From: an uncultured Candidatus Binatia bacterium
GTDB lineage: Bacteria; Desulfobacterota; Binatia; Bin18
Direction: 5' to 3'
Length of the DNA stretch: 64,000 nt
Assembly: GCA_965200965.1 (NCBI GenBank)
Contig: OZ241744.1
Location: forward strand, 1,568,001 to 1,632,000
Part shown: positions 30,376 through 40,413 of the stretch, piece by piece
Layout: the number at the start of each line of letters is the position of its first letter
Numbering within the stretch: the first letter of the stretch is position 1
Made by a program: the position numbers and the translations under genes
Notes under the pieces: model-generated
What the model saw: only the letters and a program-made list of their open reading frames with translations
Told to the model about the DNA's origin: nothing
The model's database searches: none

Positions 30376-31849
30376 CCCCACCTCTTTTCTGGAGCAGCGC
30401 AAGCAGTTCGCCCCCAGTCCGGTGGATATCCCCGGCCCCCAGGGTCATGACCATATCGCCCGGCCGTACATAGGCGAGGGCCGCCTGGGCCAGCCTCTCC
30501 CGGTCAGCAACAAAACGCACCTCGCTCTGACCGCGCTGGCGTAATGCCTGGTACAGCCGGTATCCAGAAACCCCGGCCCGCGGTTCCTCACCAGCGGGGT
30601 AGATCTCGGTCAGCACGACCACGTCCGCCTCATCAAAAGCGGACAGAAAATCGTCAAACAGGTCCTGGGTTCGTGAATACCGATGCGGCTGAAACACGGC
30701 CACTAAGCGACGCGCCGGGTCGGCTTGGCAGCTCCCTTCGCGGGCCGCTCGCAGGGTTACCCTGAGTTCCTCGGGGTGATGGGCATAGTCGTCAACTACC
30801 ACTACCCCGGCGGCTTCACCCTTGACCTCAAAACGGCGCTGAATGCCGTCAAAACCGGCCAGGGCGCGCTGCACGCAGGCAAACGGAATCCCTAGCTCTC
30901 GAGCCACCGCCACCACCGCCAGGGCGTTGAGCACATGGTGGCGACCCGGCAGCTTGAGCCGAAGCGGGCCCAACCGCTCGTCGCCGTACCAGACCTCACA
31001 GTGGGTAGTCATACCCGACACGCGTAAATCGTGTGCCGTCAGATCGGCTTCGGGACCTAGACCATAGGTGACAAAGCGTTTCTGGACATAGGGTAACAGG
31101 CCCTGGACATTGACACTATCCAGACACAGGACGGCCCGACCGTAAAACGGGATGCGGTTGATGAAGCGCAGATAGGCGTCTTTGACCCGGTCCATATCGC
31201 CGTAAAAATCGAGATGCTCGGGGTCAATGTTGGTGACCACAACAATCGTCGGACTCAGCAACAGAAACGTCCCATCGCTCTCGTCGGACTCAGCCACCAA
31301 AAAGCGACCCTGGCCCAGACGGGCGTTCGAGCCGACGACATTCAGCCGGCCGCCAATCACGCATGTCGGGTCTAGCTCGGCTTGGGCCAGAACGCTGGTA
31401 ATGAGCGACGCGGTGGTGGTTTTGCCATGCGTACCGGCAATCGCAATACCGTATTTGAGACGCATTAGTTCGGCCAGCATCTCGGCCCGCGGGATCACCG
31501 GAATGCGCAACTCACGCGCCCGGCCCACCTCTGGGTTGGCGTATTTCACCGCCGACGATATGACGACCACGTCGGTCTGGAGGTCGATATGCTCGGCCCG
31601 ATGGCCGTAGGCGATGCGCGCCCCGAGGCGTGTCAGGCGGCGGGTCGTGTCCGATTCGAGATGGTCCGAACCGCTGACCTGATAGCCCAGATTCAGCAGC
31701 AACTCGGCGATACCGCTCATGCCAACCCCCCCAATACCAACAAAATGAATATGGCGGTTGGCATCAAACAACACTTGCCCCTGGGAGTTGCGCGCCACTC
31801 GTCCGTTCCTGGACACCTGCGCTCTGCCATTTGTCCTATCGTCCATCAT
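30365..31849 (-). CDS. murC: UDP-N-acetylmuramate--L-alanine ligase
   Basis: HFVGIGGVGMSG, AGTHGKTTT, ESDESD, DDYAHHP, FQPHRYSR. Confidence 0.96.
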   Translation of the reverse strand: MMDDRTNGRAQVSRNGRVARNSQGQVLFDANRHIHFVGIGGVGMSGIAELLLNLGYQVSGSDHLESDTTRRLTRLGARIAYGHRAEHIDLQTDVVVISSAVKYANPEVGRARELRIPVIPRAEMLAELMRLKYGIAIAGTHGKTTTASLITSVLAQAELDPTCVIGGRLNVVGSNARLGQGRFLVAESDESDGTFLLLSPTIVVVTNIDPEHLDFYGDMDRVKDAYLRFINRIPFYGRAVLCLDSVNVQGLLPYVQKRFVTYGLGPEADLTAHDLRVSGMTTHCEVWYGDERLGPLRLKLPGRHHVLNALAVVAVARELGIPFACVQRALAGFDGIQRRFEVKGEAAGVVVVDDYAHHPEELRVTLRAAREGSCQADPARRLVAVFQPHRYSRTQDLFDDFLSAFDEADVVVLTEIYPAGEEPRAGVSGYRLYQALRQRGQSEVRFVADRERLAQAALAYVRPGDMVMTLGAGDIHRTGGELLALLQKRGGGAG

Positions 31850-33009
31850 CTGCCCGCCTTCCCGACCGAGAGCCGGGCTGCCGCCGGTAAACAGGCCAAA
31901 CACTCCCGCAACACACGCGCCGTCGCATCGGCTTGGCCGAAAGCCGCCGCGGTCCGGGCCATGGCCTGCAAGCGGGCAGGAACTTGCATCAGGCCGCGGA
32001 GAGCCTCCGCAACCCGATCCGCGCTCAACTCGGCATCCAGGATCATCAACGCCGCTCCGGCTCGGACCAGCTGCTCTGCATTGGCCCGTTGGTGATCGTC
32101 CGCGGCATACGGATAGGGCACAAAGATAGCCGGTTTGCCCAGGGCCGTCAGCTCGGCCAGCGTCATGGCTCCGGCCCGGCAGATAACTAAATCGGCGGCG
32201 GCATAGGCCGCGTCCATAGCCTCGATAAAAGGCACAACCTCGGCCTCGACACCGAGCCGCCTGTACGCGCTACGGACCTCGGCATGCTCGGCTTGGCCGG
32301 TCTGATGCACAATCCGGAGGCGGTTGGACGGCACCCCGAGAGCGGCAAACGCGGCCGGCAGAATGTGGTTGAGCCGACGCGCGCCAGCACTCCCGCCAAC
32401 GACTAAGACGCTGAATGGTCTGGTCCGCTCGTCGGCATTGGGTGCTGCCGGTCCAGGCGACAGACCCGTCACCTCGGCCGCCCGCCAGCGGACTGGGGTA
32501 CCGGTATAGACCGCTTTTCCGACCGGAAAGCAGGTTACAGTCGCGGGAAAACCGACGCACACGCGTCTTGCAAAGCGTCCCAACAACCGATTGGTGAGTC
32601 CGGGAATTGCGTTCGGTTCAAGCAGCACACACGGGATGCGCCGCAGCCAAGCCGCCACCACGGTCGGGCCAGACGCATAGCCACCAAGGCTGAAAATGAG
32701 ATCAGGCCCAAACTCCCCCAGGATGCGCCACGCCGAACCAATCCCGCATAGGGCCGCCCAGCCGGCCCGTAGCCCACCCCACCAGCTTCTGCCCCGCACC
32801 TGCTCGGCAGCAATGAGTCGCAGCGGAAAACCCAGGCGCGGAACCACCCTCCCCTCTATGCCGTGGAGCGTGCCGACAAACAGCACCTCGGCCGCTACTT
32901 CTCGCTGGGCACCCTGGGCGATCGCCACCCCAGGAAACAGATGGCCACCCGTCCCCCCGGCGGCCAACAGCAGCCGGAGCCGTTTGGTGTCTTTGGGCAT
33001 CCTAGGCAT
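31846..33009 (-). CDS. murG: Undecaprenyl-PP-MurNAc-pentapeptide GlcNAc transferase
   Basis: GGTGGHLFP, GGY, GGSAGA, RAGAMT..E, HQRANA. Confidence 0.95.
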   Translation of the reverse strand: MPRMPKDTKRLRLLLAAGGTGGHLFPGVAIAQGAQREVAAEVLFVGTLHGIEGRVVPRLGFPLRLIAAEQVRGRSWWGGLRAGWAALCGIGSAWRILGEFGPDLIFSLGGYASGPTVVAAWLRRIPCVLLEPNAIPGLTNRLLGRFARRVCVGFPATVTCFPVGKAVYTGTPVRWRAAEVTGLSPGPAAPNADERTRPFSVLVVGGSAGARRLNHILPAAFAALGVPSNRLRIVHQTGQAEHAEVRSAYRRLGVEAEVVPFIEAMDAAYAAADLVICRAGAMTLAELTALGKPAIFVPYPYAADDHQRANAEQLVRAGAALMILDAELSADRVAEALRGLMQVPARLQAMARTAAAFGQADATARVLRECLACLPAAARLSVGKAGR

Positions 33010-34174
33010 GAGTCTGGTTCTCCTGCCGAATCTCGCGTGATAAGCCCAGCAGCACGCCCACATATACCAGGGCCATACACAGCGACGAGCCGCCATAGCT
33101 GATAAACGGCAGGGGCAGGCCTTTTGTCGGGATCAGGCCCAGCACGACGGCCATATTCAGGCCGGCCTGACCAACCAATAGAAAGCTACAGCCAAAAGCC
33201 AGCAATTGCCCAAACCGATAGGGATGGCGGAGCGCGATCTGCACCCCACGGGCTCCGACAACGGCGAACAGACCAATGATGAGGCCCGTCCCCCACAGCC
33301 CGGTTTCTTCACCTACCACCGCGAACACAAAGTCGGTGTGTGCCTCGGGCAGATAAAACATCTTCTGACTACTCTGGCCCAAGCCGACGCCATGCACCCC
33401 ACCCGCCCCAAAGGCCAGCAGCGACTGGTGGAGTTGATACCCGCCGGTCTGGCGGTGGGCGGCCGGGTCAAGAAAAGACAGCAGCCGGGCACTCCGATAC
33501 TCGGCCGTCATAATCCCAGCCAGCACCACAACCAGCCCCGCTCCGGCCAGCAGGGCTAGGTGGCGGTAGCGCGCCCCGGCGACAAACAGCAGAACGAGCA
33601 GCGTCAGCCCCACAAAGGCCGCCCCGCCCAGGTCAGGCTCTATGACAATCAGGAAAGCGACCAGCCCGACGACCAGCACATGGGGCAACACCCCAAACGC
33701 AAAACTGTGCAGCCGGCCGGCCTTCTTGACCAAGGAACAGGCCAGATACAGCACAACCGCGCCTTTCGCAAACTCGGACGGCTGAAAATTGATTATCCCG
33801 AGATGGATCCAGCGCCGGACCTGACCGTCGGACAGCAGGACGACGATCAGGCCGACAACTGCCAGCAGTAGGGCGGGATAGGCAGAGCGCCAATAGACCG
33901 CCGACGACAGCCGGGCGATCAGCCCCATCCCGAGCACGCCCAGCCCTAGCGCCATCGTCTGCTTCCAGACAAAGCGGTAGGGCTGATCGGTGTGCTCGGC
34001 GGCATAAAAATAGGTGGTGTTCAACACCATAATTTGGCCGATCAGCACCAGCAGCAGCACGCTCGTCAGCAGCCAGCCATCCACTGCTCCACGGCTCGTC
34101 CAGGCCAACGGCTGGTCTTCGAGCCGGGTCGCATCTTCCCGCTTGCGGCTCTCCATTTTTGCTCCGCTTGCCAT
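33002..34174 (-). CDS. ftsW: Peptidoglycan polymerase FtsW (SEDS)
   Basis: RW....FQPSEFAK, LPEAHTDFVF, PTKGLPLPFISYGGSS. Confidence 0.95.
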   Translation of the reverse strand: MASGAKMESRKREDATRLEDQPLAWTSRGAVDGWLLTSVLLLVLIGQIMVLNTTYFYAAEHTDQPYRFVWKQTMALGLGVLGMGLIARLSSAVYWRSAYPALLLAVVGLIVVLLSDGQVRRWIHLGIINFQPSEFAKGAVVLYLACSLVKKAGRLHSFAFGVLPHVLVVGLVAFLIVIEPDLGGAAFVGLTLLVLLFVAGARYRHLALLAGAGLVVVLAGIMTAEYRSARLLSFLDPAAHRQTGGYQLHQSLLAFGAGGVHGVGLGQSSQKMFYLPEAHTDFVFAVVGEETGLWGTGLIIGLFAVVGARGVQIALRHPYRFGQLLAFGCSFLLVGQAGLNMAVVLGLIPTKGLPLPFISYGGSSLCMALVYVGVLLGLSREIRQENQTHA

Positions 34175-34188
34175 TGCTCAACCGACCG

Positions 34189-35268
34189 TCATCTCAGCTT
34201 CAGCGTACACAGTGCTAACAGGGCACAAAGAATCGACACAATCCAAAACCGGACAATAATCAGGGGTTCCGGCCAGCCCAGCAACTCAAAGTGGTGGTGG
34301 AGCGGTGCCATGCGAAAAATCCGCTTGTGGCGCAGCTTATAGGAGGCGACCTGAAAAATGACCGAAACGGCCTCGGCCACAAACACTCCACCGGCCAAGA
34401 TAAGGACGATTTCCTGCTTACAGATAAGCGCCACAATCCCCAGCGCAGCCCCCAGCGATAAAGCCCCAGTATCACCCATGAACATCTGGGCCGGATAGGC
34501 GTTAAACCACAAAAATCCGAGTCCGGCGGCGGCCAGCGCACCGCAAAAGACCGTCACCTCACCCGCGCCAAGCACATTGGGCACCTGAAGATACTCGGCT
34601 ATCTGGGCATGGCCACTGATATAGGCGAACAAGGCGTAGGTCACCCCGGTAATCATCACCGGCCCAATCGCTAGGCCGTCCAGCCCATCGGTCAAATTGA
34701 CCGCGTTTGAAGCACCCACAATCACCCCCATCGCAAGCGGAATATACCACCAGCCCAGATCGGGCCGGAGGTCTTTGAAAAACGGAATCGTCAGGCTGGT
34801 GTCAAACCCCGGCAGACAGACCAGATAGACGGCCGCCCCAAGGGCCAGGATCATCTGGCATAGCAGTTTATACCTGCCTTGGAGACCGATAGAATTCTCG
34901 TGCGACAGCTTACGGTAGTCATCCCCAAAACCGATCGCCCCAAAGCCTACCGTCACCCCCAGCACAAGCCACACATAGAGATTGCTCAGATCGGCTAACA
35001 GCAGGGTGGCTACCGCCAAGGAGAAGAGAATCAGTATTCCGCCCATGGTCGGCGTTCCAGCCTTGCTGAGGTGCGCCTGTGGACCGTCGGGCCGAATCGG
35101 CTGTCCGAGATGCAAGGCGGTCAGCCGGGCGATCAGCCGTGGTCCGAGAAAAAAGGACACGGTTAGCGCTATGATGGCGGCTAATAACGTCCGAAAGGTG
35201 ATGTACCGGAAGACGTTGAACACCGAGGAGCTGGTATGCAGCGGATACAGTAGCAGGTAGAGCATCAC
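34189..35268 (-). CDS. mraY: Phospho-N-acetylmuramoyl-pentapeptide transferase
   Basis: [39 protein letters not shown]. Confidence 0.97.
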   Translation of the reverse strand: MMLYLLLYPLHTSSSVFNVFRYITFRTLLAAIIALTVSFFLGPRLIARLTALHLGQPIRPDGPQAHLSKAGTPTMGGILILFSLAVATLLLADLSNLYVWLVLGVTVGFGAIGFGDDYRKLSHENSIGLQGRYKLLCQMILALGAAVYLVCLPGFDTSLTIPFFKDLRPDLGWWYIPLAMGVIVGASNAVNLTDGLDGLAIGPVMITGVTYALFAYISGHAQIAEYLQVPNVLGAGEVTVFCGALAAAGLGFLWFNAYPAQMFMGDTGALSLGAALGIVALICKQEIVLILAGGVFVAEAVSVIFQVASYKLRHKRIFRMAPLHHHFELLGWPEPLIIVRFWIVSILCALLALCTLKLR

Positions 35269-36815
35269 CCGGCCTCCTGAGCGGAGAAATAACGGCGGAC
35301 CTCTTCTCGATCGTCGAAGTGATGCTTGCGGGTACCGATGATCTGGTAGTCCTCGTGGCCCTTGCCGGCAATCACCACCATGTCTCCGGACCGAGCCCCG
35401 GCCAAAGCGGCCTGAATCGCGGCCCGACGGTCAGCCAGGACCACATAGCCGTGCTGCGCAGTAGCGAGGGCCAACGGCCCGCCCAGCGGCCGCAGACCGG
35501 TCTGGACCAGACCGCGTTCCGTCTCAGCCAGGATACGCTGCGGATCTTCGCTGCGTGGATTGTCCGAGGTTAGAACAACAAGGTCGCTCAGCCGACCGGC
35601 GGCCTGTCCCATAAGCGGCCGCTTGCCCCGATCCCGGTCGCCACCGCAGCCAAAGACCGTCACCAAACGTTTTTGGGTCAGCGAACGCACCGAACTCAGG
35701 GTCTTGTCGAGCGCGTCGGGTTTATGGGCATAGTCCACAATGACTTCAAACGGCTGGTCGAGTTCCAGGCGTTCCAAGCGTCCGGGTACATTGCGACAGG
35801 CGGCGATACCAGCCACAATCATCTCGGCCGGCACGCCTAGCGCGTGGGCCGTGGCCGCCGCGGCCACGATATTGTACAGGTGTGGCTCGCCGATCAGGGC
35901 GGAGGAAAACGTGACCGACCTGCCCTCTATACGCAACACTCCGCGCAGGCCGCCGGCACTGTGTTCAAGCGCAGAGATCGAGACTGTCGCATCAGGGCTG
36001 CGGCCGTAGGTGATGAGCCGGCCGGGCAGTCGGTAGCCGGCCAATTTCTGGCCCCACGGATCATCCACATTGACCACGGCAAAACGGTTGGCCTTGGGGG
36101 AGTTGGCCAGACCGGAGCAAAACAGGCTGACCTTAGCGGCAAAATAATCGTCCAGGTCGGTATGAAAATCGAGATGATCTCGGCCCAAATTCGTAAACAC
36201 TGCCCCGTCCCACTGACAGCCACAGACCCGCTCCTGAACCAGAGCGTGGGACGAGACCTCCATGACCGCGTGGCGCACTCCAGCCTTGACCATCGTACCC
36301 AGCAGCGCCTGGAGTTCAACCGCTTCAGGGGTGGTAAACGACGCCGGCTCTTGTCGTCCCGGATAGCGGTAATTGACCGTGCCAATCACGCCGGTTGGCC
36401 AACTCATAGCCAGGCAGATGGCCTCCAGCAGATAGGTCGTTGTGGTTTTCCCACTCGTTCCGGTTACGCCGACCAGCGACAGCTTGGCACTCGGCCGGCC
36501 GTAAAACCGGTCGGCCATCAGTCCCAGCAGATGCCGCGGCCTCGCGCAGCCGATCAGACCCAGCGGCCGCCCGTAGCCCGCCAGCCGTGCTTGCACGATG
36601 CTGTAATCTTCCTGGGCGACAACAACCGCCGCGGCCCCGGCCTGCAAGGCTTGCTCTGCAAATGCTAAGCCGTCGGTCTTTGTCCCCGCCAAGGCGAAAA
36701 ACACCGCCCCAGGTCTCACCCGACGCGAATCGTAGGCCAGCTGCGTGACCGGAATGTCCAACTGGCCCGAGGTCTGAAGTACAAGGCTTGGCGGTAAGAG
36801 CTCGGCCAGCCTCAC
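35265..36815 (-). CDS. murE: UDP-MurNAc-tripeptide synthetase (meso-DAP type)
   Basis: [34 protein letters not shown] (meso-DAP motif), AGKGHE. Confidence 0.96.
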   Translation of the reverse strand: MRLAELLPPSLVLQTSGQLDIPVTQLAYDSRRVRPGAVFFALAGTKTDGLAFAEQALQAGAAAVVVAQEDYSIVQARLAGYGRPLGLIGCARPRHLLGLMADRFYGRPSAKLSLVGVTGTSGKTTTTYLLEAICLAMSWPTGVIGTVNYRYPGRQEPASFTTPEAVELQALLGTMVKAGVRHAVMEVSSHALVQERVCGCQWDGAVFTNLGRDHLDFHTDLDDYFAAKVSLFCSGLANSPKANRFAVVNVDDPWGQKLAGYRLPGRLITYGRSPDATVSISALEHSAGGLRGVLRIEGRSVTFSSALIGEPHLYNIVAAAATAHALGVPAEMIVAGIAACRNVPGRLERLELDQPFEVIVDYAHKPDALDKTLSSVRSLTQKRLVTVFGCGGDRDRGKRPLMGQAAGRLSDLVVLTSDNPRSEDPQRILAETERGLVQTGLRPLGGPLALATAQHGYVVLADRRAAIQAALAGARSGDMVVIAGKGHEDYQIIGTRKHHFDDREEVRRYFSAQEAG

Positions 36816-38743
36816 AGCGTCTCCTCCTCGGCAACGATCGCTGGCCGGGGCGGGGCTAAGCTCAGGCGGTAGAGAGGCTGGGCGGTGCGGGGGTCATACT
36901 GCACAGCCTGGCCGACAACATAGCCGCTGCCGGTTGTGGTCACCTGCCAGCCGTATCGCTCGGCGGTGCGTAGAGCTTCGCGCAGGCTGAGACCCAGGAA
37001 ATTGGGCCGACCGGCGTGATCCGGGCTGGACGGGCGGGCGGGCTGAGACCCGCCCGCGACCTGAACCGGAAGCGTTGCAGCCTCAACGCCCAGCGCAGCC
37101 AGGGCCTGGCCGGCAATGGCCCGAAAAACCGGCGCGGCGACCTGACCGCCATAATATCCATCCCGGCTCGGTTCATCAACGACAACCGCGATCACCAGCC
37201 GCGGCGCGTCGACCGGCACAATGCCGACAAAAGAGGCGATATACGCCCGGGCCGAGTACTTGCCCTCAGCATCAAGTTTCTGGCTCGTTCCGGTCTTGCC
37301 GGCGACCCGAAAGCCTTCAAGCTGTGCCCGCCAGCCGGTCCCGTCGTGTTGAACCACGTTCTCGAGCAGTCCGATAACCTGTTTTGCCGTCTCAGGCCGG
37401 ACCGCCTGCCAGACGGGGTGCGAACGGTTGACCCGCAGCACCGTCCCATTGCTATCCCGGATGTCCTGAACAACATACGGCCGCATCAACACCCCATCGT
37501 TAGCCAGGGTAGCAAACGCGGCGGCCAGTTGCAGAGGAGTGACCGCCACGCCATAGCCGAAACTCGTCGTGGCCAGGGTAATGGACGACCATTTCCGAGC
37601 CGTGGGCAGCAAGCCGGGGCTCTCGGCCGGCAGATCAATGCCGCTGGTCTGACCCAGGCCAAAAGCACGAAGATAGCGGGAGTAGGTCTGTTGACCAAGC
37701 CGTTGGACGACCTTGGCCACACCGATATTGCTCGAGTGTTTGATGACCTCGGCAAAGCTCAGCCAGCCGTGCGGCCGATGGTCATGGATCGTCCGCCGTC
37801 CGATCCGATACTGTCCCTGTTCACAAAAAATCTGCTCCTCAGGGTCCACCAGCCGGCTGTCCAGAACGGCCGCGGCCAGCAGCGCCTTCAGGGTCGAGCC
37901 GGGCTCGTAGACCTCGCTGACCGCCCGATTGCGACGGACCGCAGGCACCACGGCCGCCGGGGTATGGGGATCAAAGCTCGGCACTTGGGCCATGGCCAAG
38001 ACGGCAAAGCTTCGGGGATCAAGAATAACGACCGTGCCGGCCTTGGCCGCGTGCGCCTCAACCGCCCGGGCGAGTTCTTGCTCGGCGATGTACTGGAGTC
38101 CAGCGTCGAGGCTAAGACGGACCTGAGATGTCTGGCTCTGCCCGTCTCCCATCCCGTGGGCAAAAATCATCCGGCCAAAGGCGTCGCGCAGCCCGCTCAA
38201 CTCGGCCGGCCGGCCGCGCAGATGGTGGGCATAGGCCCGTTCTACGCCGGCGAGACCCTTGGCATCAATATCGGTGAAACCGAGCAACGGCGCGGCCAAA
38301 CTACCCTGCGGATAGACCCGCCGTTCACTCTGGTGGCTGCCAATCCCGGCAATAGCCAAGCTGCGGACCTGGGCCGCCAGCTGGAGCGAGGCCCGACGTC
38401 GTAACCAGACAAACGGGGCTGGTGTTCTCAGCAGTTGAGCCACCCGCGGAGCCGGCAGATGCAGGGCTGCGGCCAGAGTTGGCAGCCATTCATCAATCCC
38501 GTCCGGCAACTGGCCAGGGTGGACAAAAAGGGACTCGGCCGACACGCTCAGGGCCAGGAGCTTCCCGTTCCGATCAACAATCGTTCCCCGCTGCGAGGTC
38601 CAGCGAATCCGCTTGTGGTGTTGACTGGCCGCCCGGTCGGCCAACTCCCGGTGTTGGATAACTGTCAGTTGAACCAGCCGGCCGGCCACCAGCACGAGTC
38701 CGAGCCCAATACACAGCGCGGCAGCCCACAACCGTTTTTCCAT
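36812..38743 (-). CDS. ftsI: Penicillin-binding protein FtsI (PBP3)
   Basis: RGTIVDRNG, EPGSTLK (SxxK), SSN, KTGT, C-terminal PASTA-like segment. Confidence 0.95.
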   Translation of the reverse strand: MEKRLWAAALCIGLGLVLVAGRLVQLTVIQHRELADRAASQHHKRIRWTSQRGTIVDRNGKLLALSVSAESLFVHPGQLPDGIDEWLPTLAAALHLPAPRVAQLLRTPAPFVWLRRRASLQLAAQVRSLAIAGIGSHQSERRVYPQGSLAAPLLGFTDIDAKGLAGVERAYAHHLRGRPAELSGLRDAFGRMIFAHGMGDGQSQTSQVRLSLDAGLQYIAEQELARAVEAHAAKAGTVVILDPRSFAVLAMAQVPSFDPHTPAAVVPAVRRNRAVSEVYEPGSTLKALLAAAVLDSRLVDPEEQIFCEQGQYRIGRRTIHDHRPHGWLSFAEVIKHSSNIGVAKVVQRLGQQTYSRYLRAFGLGQTSGIDLPAESPGLLPTARKWSSITLATTSFGYGVAVTPLQLAAAFATLANDGVLMRPYVVQDIRDSNGTVLRVNRSHPVWQAVRPETAKQVIGLLENVVQHDGTGWRAQLEGFRVAGKTGTSQKLDAEGKYSARAYIASFVGIVPVDAPRLVIAVVVDEPSRDGYYGGQVAAPVFRAIAGQALAALGVEAATLPVQVAGGSQPARPSSPDHAGRPNFLGLSLREALRTAERYGWQVTTTGSGYVVGQAVQYDPRTAQPLYRLSLAPPRPAIVAEEETL

Positions 38744-38752
38744 CCCCCCTCC

Positions 38753-39052
38753 TCATTGTCCCCGCCGGACAGTCGTGATCTGCCTGACCTGGCCGGCTTG
38801 GGGCACGCTGAGTCCCAAACGTTGGTGAGCCAGCCGGGCAAGACGACCCGATGCCGTCAGCCTGCTCCACTCGGCTTCAAGGCTGCGCTGCTCAGCCTCA
38901 AGCGTTTGCAACAGGTGTAGCGTGTTAGACAACGCATAACCGGTCGCCACGACTTGCAGACGGGTCCAAATCTGGGCGCAGACTAAGCCTACGCCGAGCA
39001 GGGCGACAAGACCATAGCCCAGCCACTGAGGCGCAGGACTCGAATGCGGCAT
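38753..39052 (-). CDS. ftsL: Cell division protein FtsL
   Basis: Small TM plus coiled coil, ARL..LGL motif, between rsmH and ftsI. Confidence 0.8.
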   Translation of the reverse strand: MPHSSPAPQWLGYGLVALLGVGLVCAQIWTRLQVVATGYALSNTLHLLQTLEAEQRSLEAEWSRLTASGRLARLAHQRLGLSVPQAGQVRQITTVRRGQ

Positions 39053-39079
39053 ACTGCCCTTCCTCTTTCCACCATTCCT

Positions 39080-40057
39080 CTAGCCATATCGTTCTACCGC
39101 ACGCAGCCGCGCACTCCGAGCACGCGGGTTGTCAGCCACTTCCTGTCGGGATGGGGTCAACGGTTTTGGCGTCAGGACCTTCACCTTCGGAGACCAGCCA
39201 CAGGCGCACAGCGTGAGCTGGGGCGGGCACACACACGAGGCGGCCCAACGCCGAAAGGCGGTCTTGACCAGACGGTCTTCCAAAGAATGGTAGGCCAGGA
39301 TGACCAGCCTGCCACCCGGCTTCAGCAGGCGATAGCCGTCGGCCAAAAATGTGGACAGGTGGCTGAGTTCCTGGTTCACCGCAATCCGCAGGGCCTGAAA
39401 GACCCGGGTGGCCGGATGGACAGGAGAGCGGGCCGAGCGGGACGGCCGTTTGATGATCTGCTCAATCGTCCGAGCCAGGGCGGTGGTGGTGGTCAACGGG
39501 GCCTTTTTGCGCGCCTCAACTACGGCCCGGGCCAGCGCGCCAGCGGCCGGCTCCTCGCCCCACTGGCGAAAGATCTGACGCAGTTCGGCCCGGTTGGCAT
39601 GATTGACCACATCGGCCGCGCAGCGCTGTTCAGCCTGATCCATACGCATATCAAGCGGACCGGTGCGCAGAAAGCTAAAGCCCCGCCCGGCATTGTCAAG
39701 TTGTAACGAGGAAAAGCCCAGGTCAAGCACCGCGGCGTCAACGCCCGACCAGCCCAGGCGGGCCAGGGTCGCCTGGGCTTGGCTAAAATTTGCCTGGACG
39801 AGGGTAATACGCGCGCTCCAGTCGGCGAGCCGCCGCCGGGCCACCACCAGGGCTTCGCCATCCCGGTCAAGCCCCAGCAGCCTGCCGTTCGGTCCGGCTG
39901 TGGCTAACACCGCCACGGCGTGCCCACCGCCACCCAGGGTACCGTCCAGCACCTCGGCACCAGGCCGCAGCCGCAACTGGGCGAGCGTCTCCTCAAGCAT
40001 CACCGGCAGGTGGCCTGAAACAGGGGCACAGGACTGGCTGGCAAATACCGTTTCCAT
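39080..40057 (-). CDS. rsmH: 16S rRNA m4C1402 methyltransferase
   Basis: DGTLGGGGH, DLGFSSLQLD, PLDMRM, FQALRIAVN, HSLEDR, NPRARSA. Confidence 0.96.
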   Translation of the reverse strand: METVFASQSCAPVSGHLPVMLEETLAQLRLRPGAEVLDGTLGGGGHAVAVLATAGPNGRLLGLDRDGEALVVARRRLADWSARITLVQANFSQAQATLARLGWSGVDAAVLDLGFSSLQLDNAGRGFSFLRTGPLDMRMDQAEQRCAADVVNHANRAELRQIFRQWGEEPAAGALARAVVEARKKAPLTTTTALARTIEQIIKRPSRSARSPVHPATRVFQALRIAVNQELSHLSTFLADGYRLLKPGGRLVILAYHSLEDRLVKTAFRRWAASCVCPPQLTLCACGWSPKVKVLTPKPLTPSRQEVADNPRARSARLRAVERYG

Positions 40058-40213
40058 GACGCCTGTACACTGACACGGGTGAATGTAGGTCTGTCAGGGG
40101 CGCGAGGGGAAGAAGGGCTGAACCGAAACGCGGTTCCGTATCCGTAGATAACCCGTGGCACCCGTCAGACACTGCCGCTCCGCAACCTCCCAGTACCGCC
40201 AACAGTCCCTACC

Positions 40214-40242
40214 ACTATAACCGCCAGGGTTTTGCCTGTCAA
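40214..40242 (-). promoter_or_regulatory. Sigma70-type promoter of the dcw operon
   Basis: Minus strand reads TTGACA-N17-TATAGT, about 157 nt upstream of rsmH. Confidence 0.75.
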
Positions 40243-40289
40243 GCAAAACTCCTAGGAAACTCAGGCAGTTTGCCGCTATGTGGCCAGCA

Positions 40290-40318
40290 TTGACTCAGCC
40301 CCGCGGCTCCGATACATT
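40290..40318 (+). promoter_or_regulatory. Sigma70-type promoter of the aminotransferase-serA operon
   Basis: TTGACT-N17-TACATT, divergent from the dcw promoter. Confidence 0.55.
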
Positions 40319-40413
40319 TTCACCTTGAGCAGCGAAGGATTCGTCACGAGAAAAGCTGTTGCTTGGACCGTGCCCACCGCCGTCCGGGCGTTTTTTTGGT
40401 TTCGGAGCGTCGT

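Noticed and set aside
35844-38404. Long plus-strand ORFs opposite murE and ftsI
   Set aside because: Antisense shadows with no recognisable domains.
40170-40215. MraZ-box-like TGGGA repeats downstream of the dcw promoter
   Set aside because: Only one good box, and the 10-bp spacing is not convincing.
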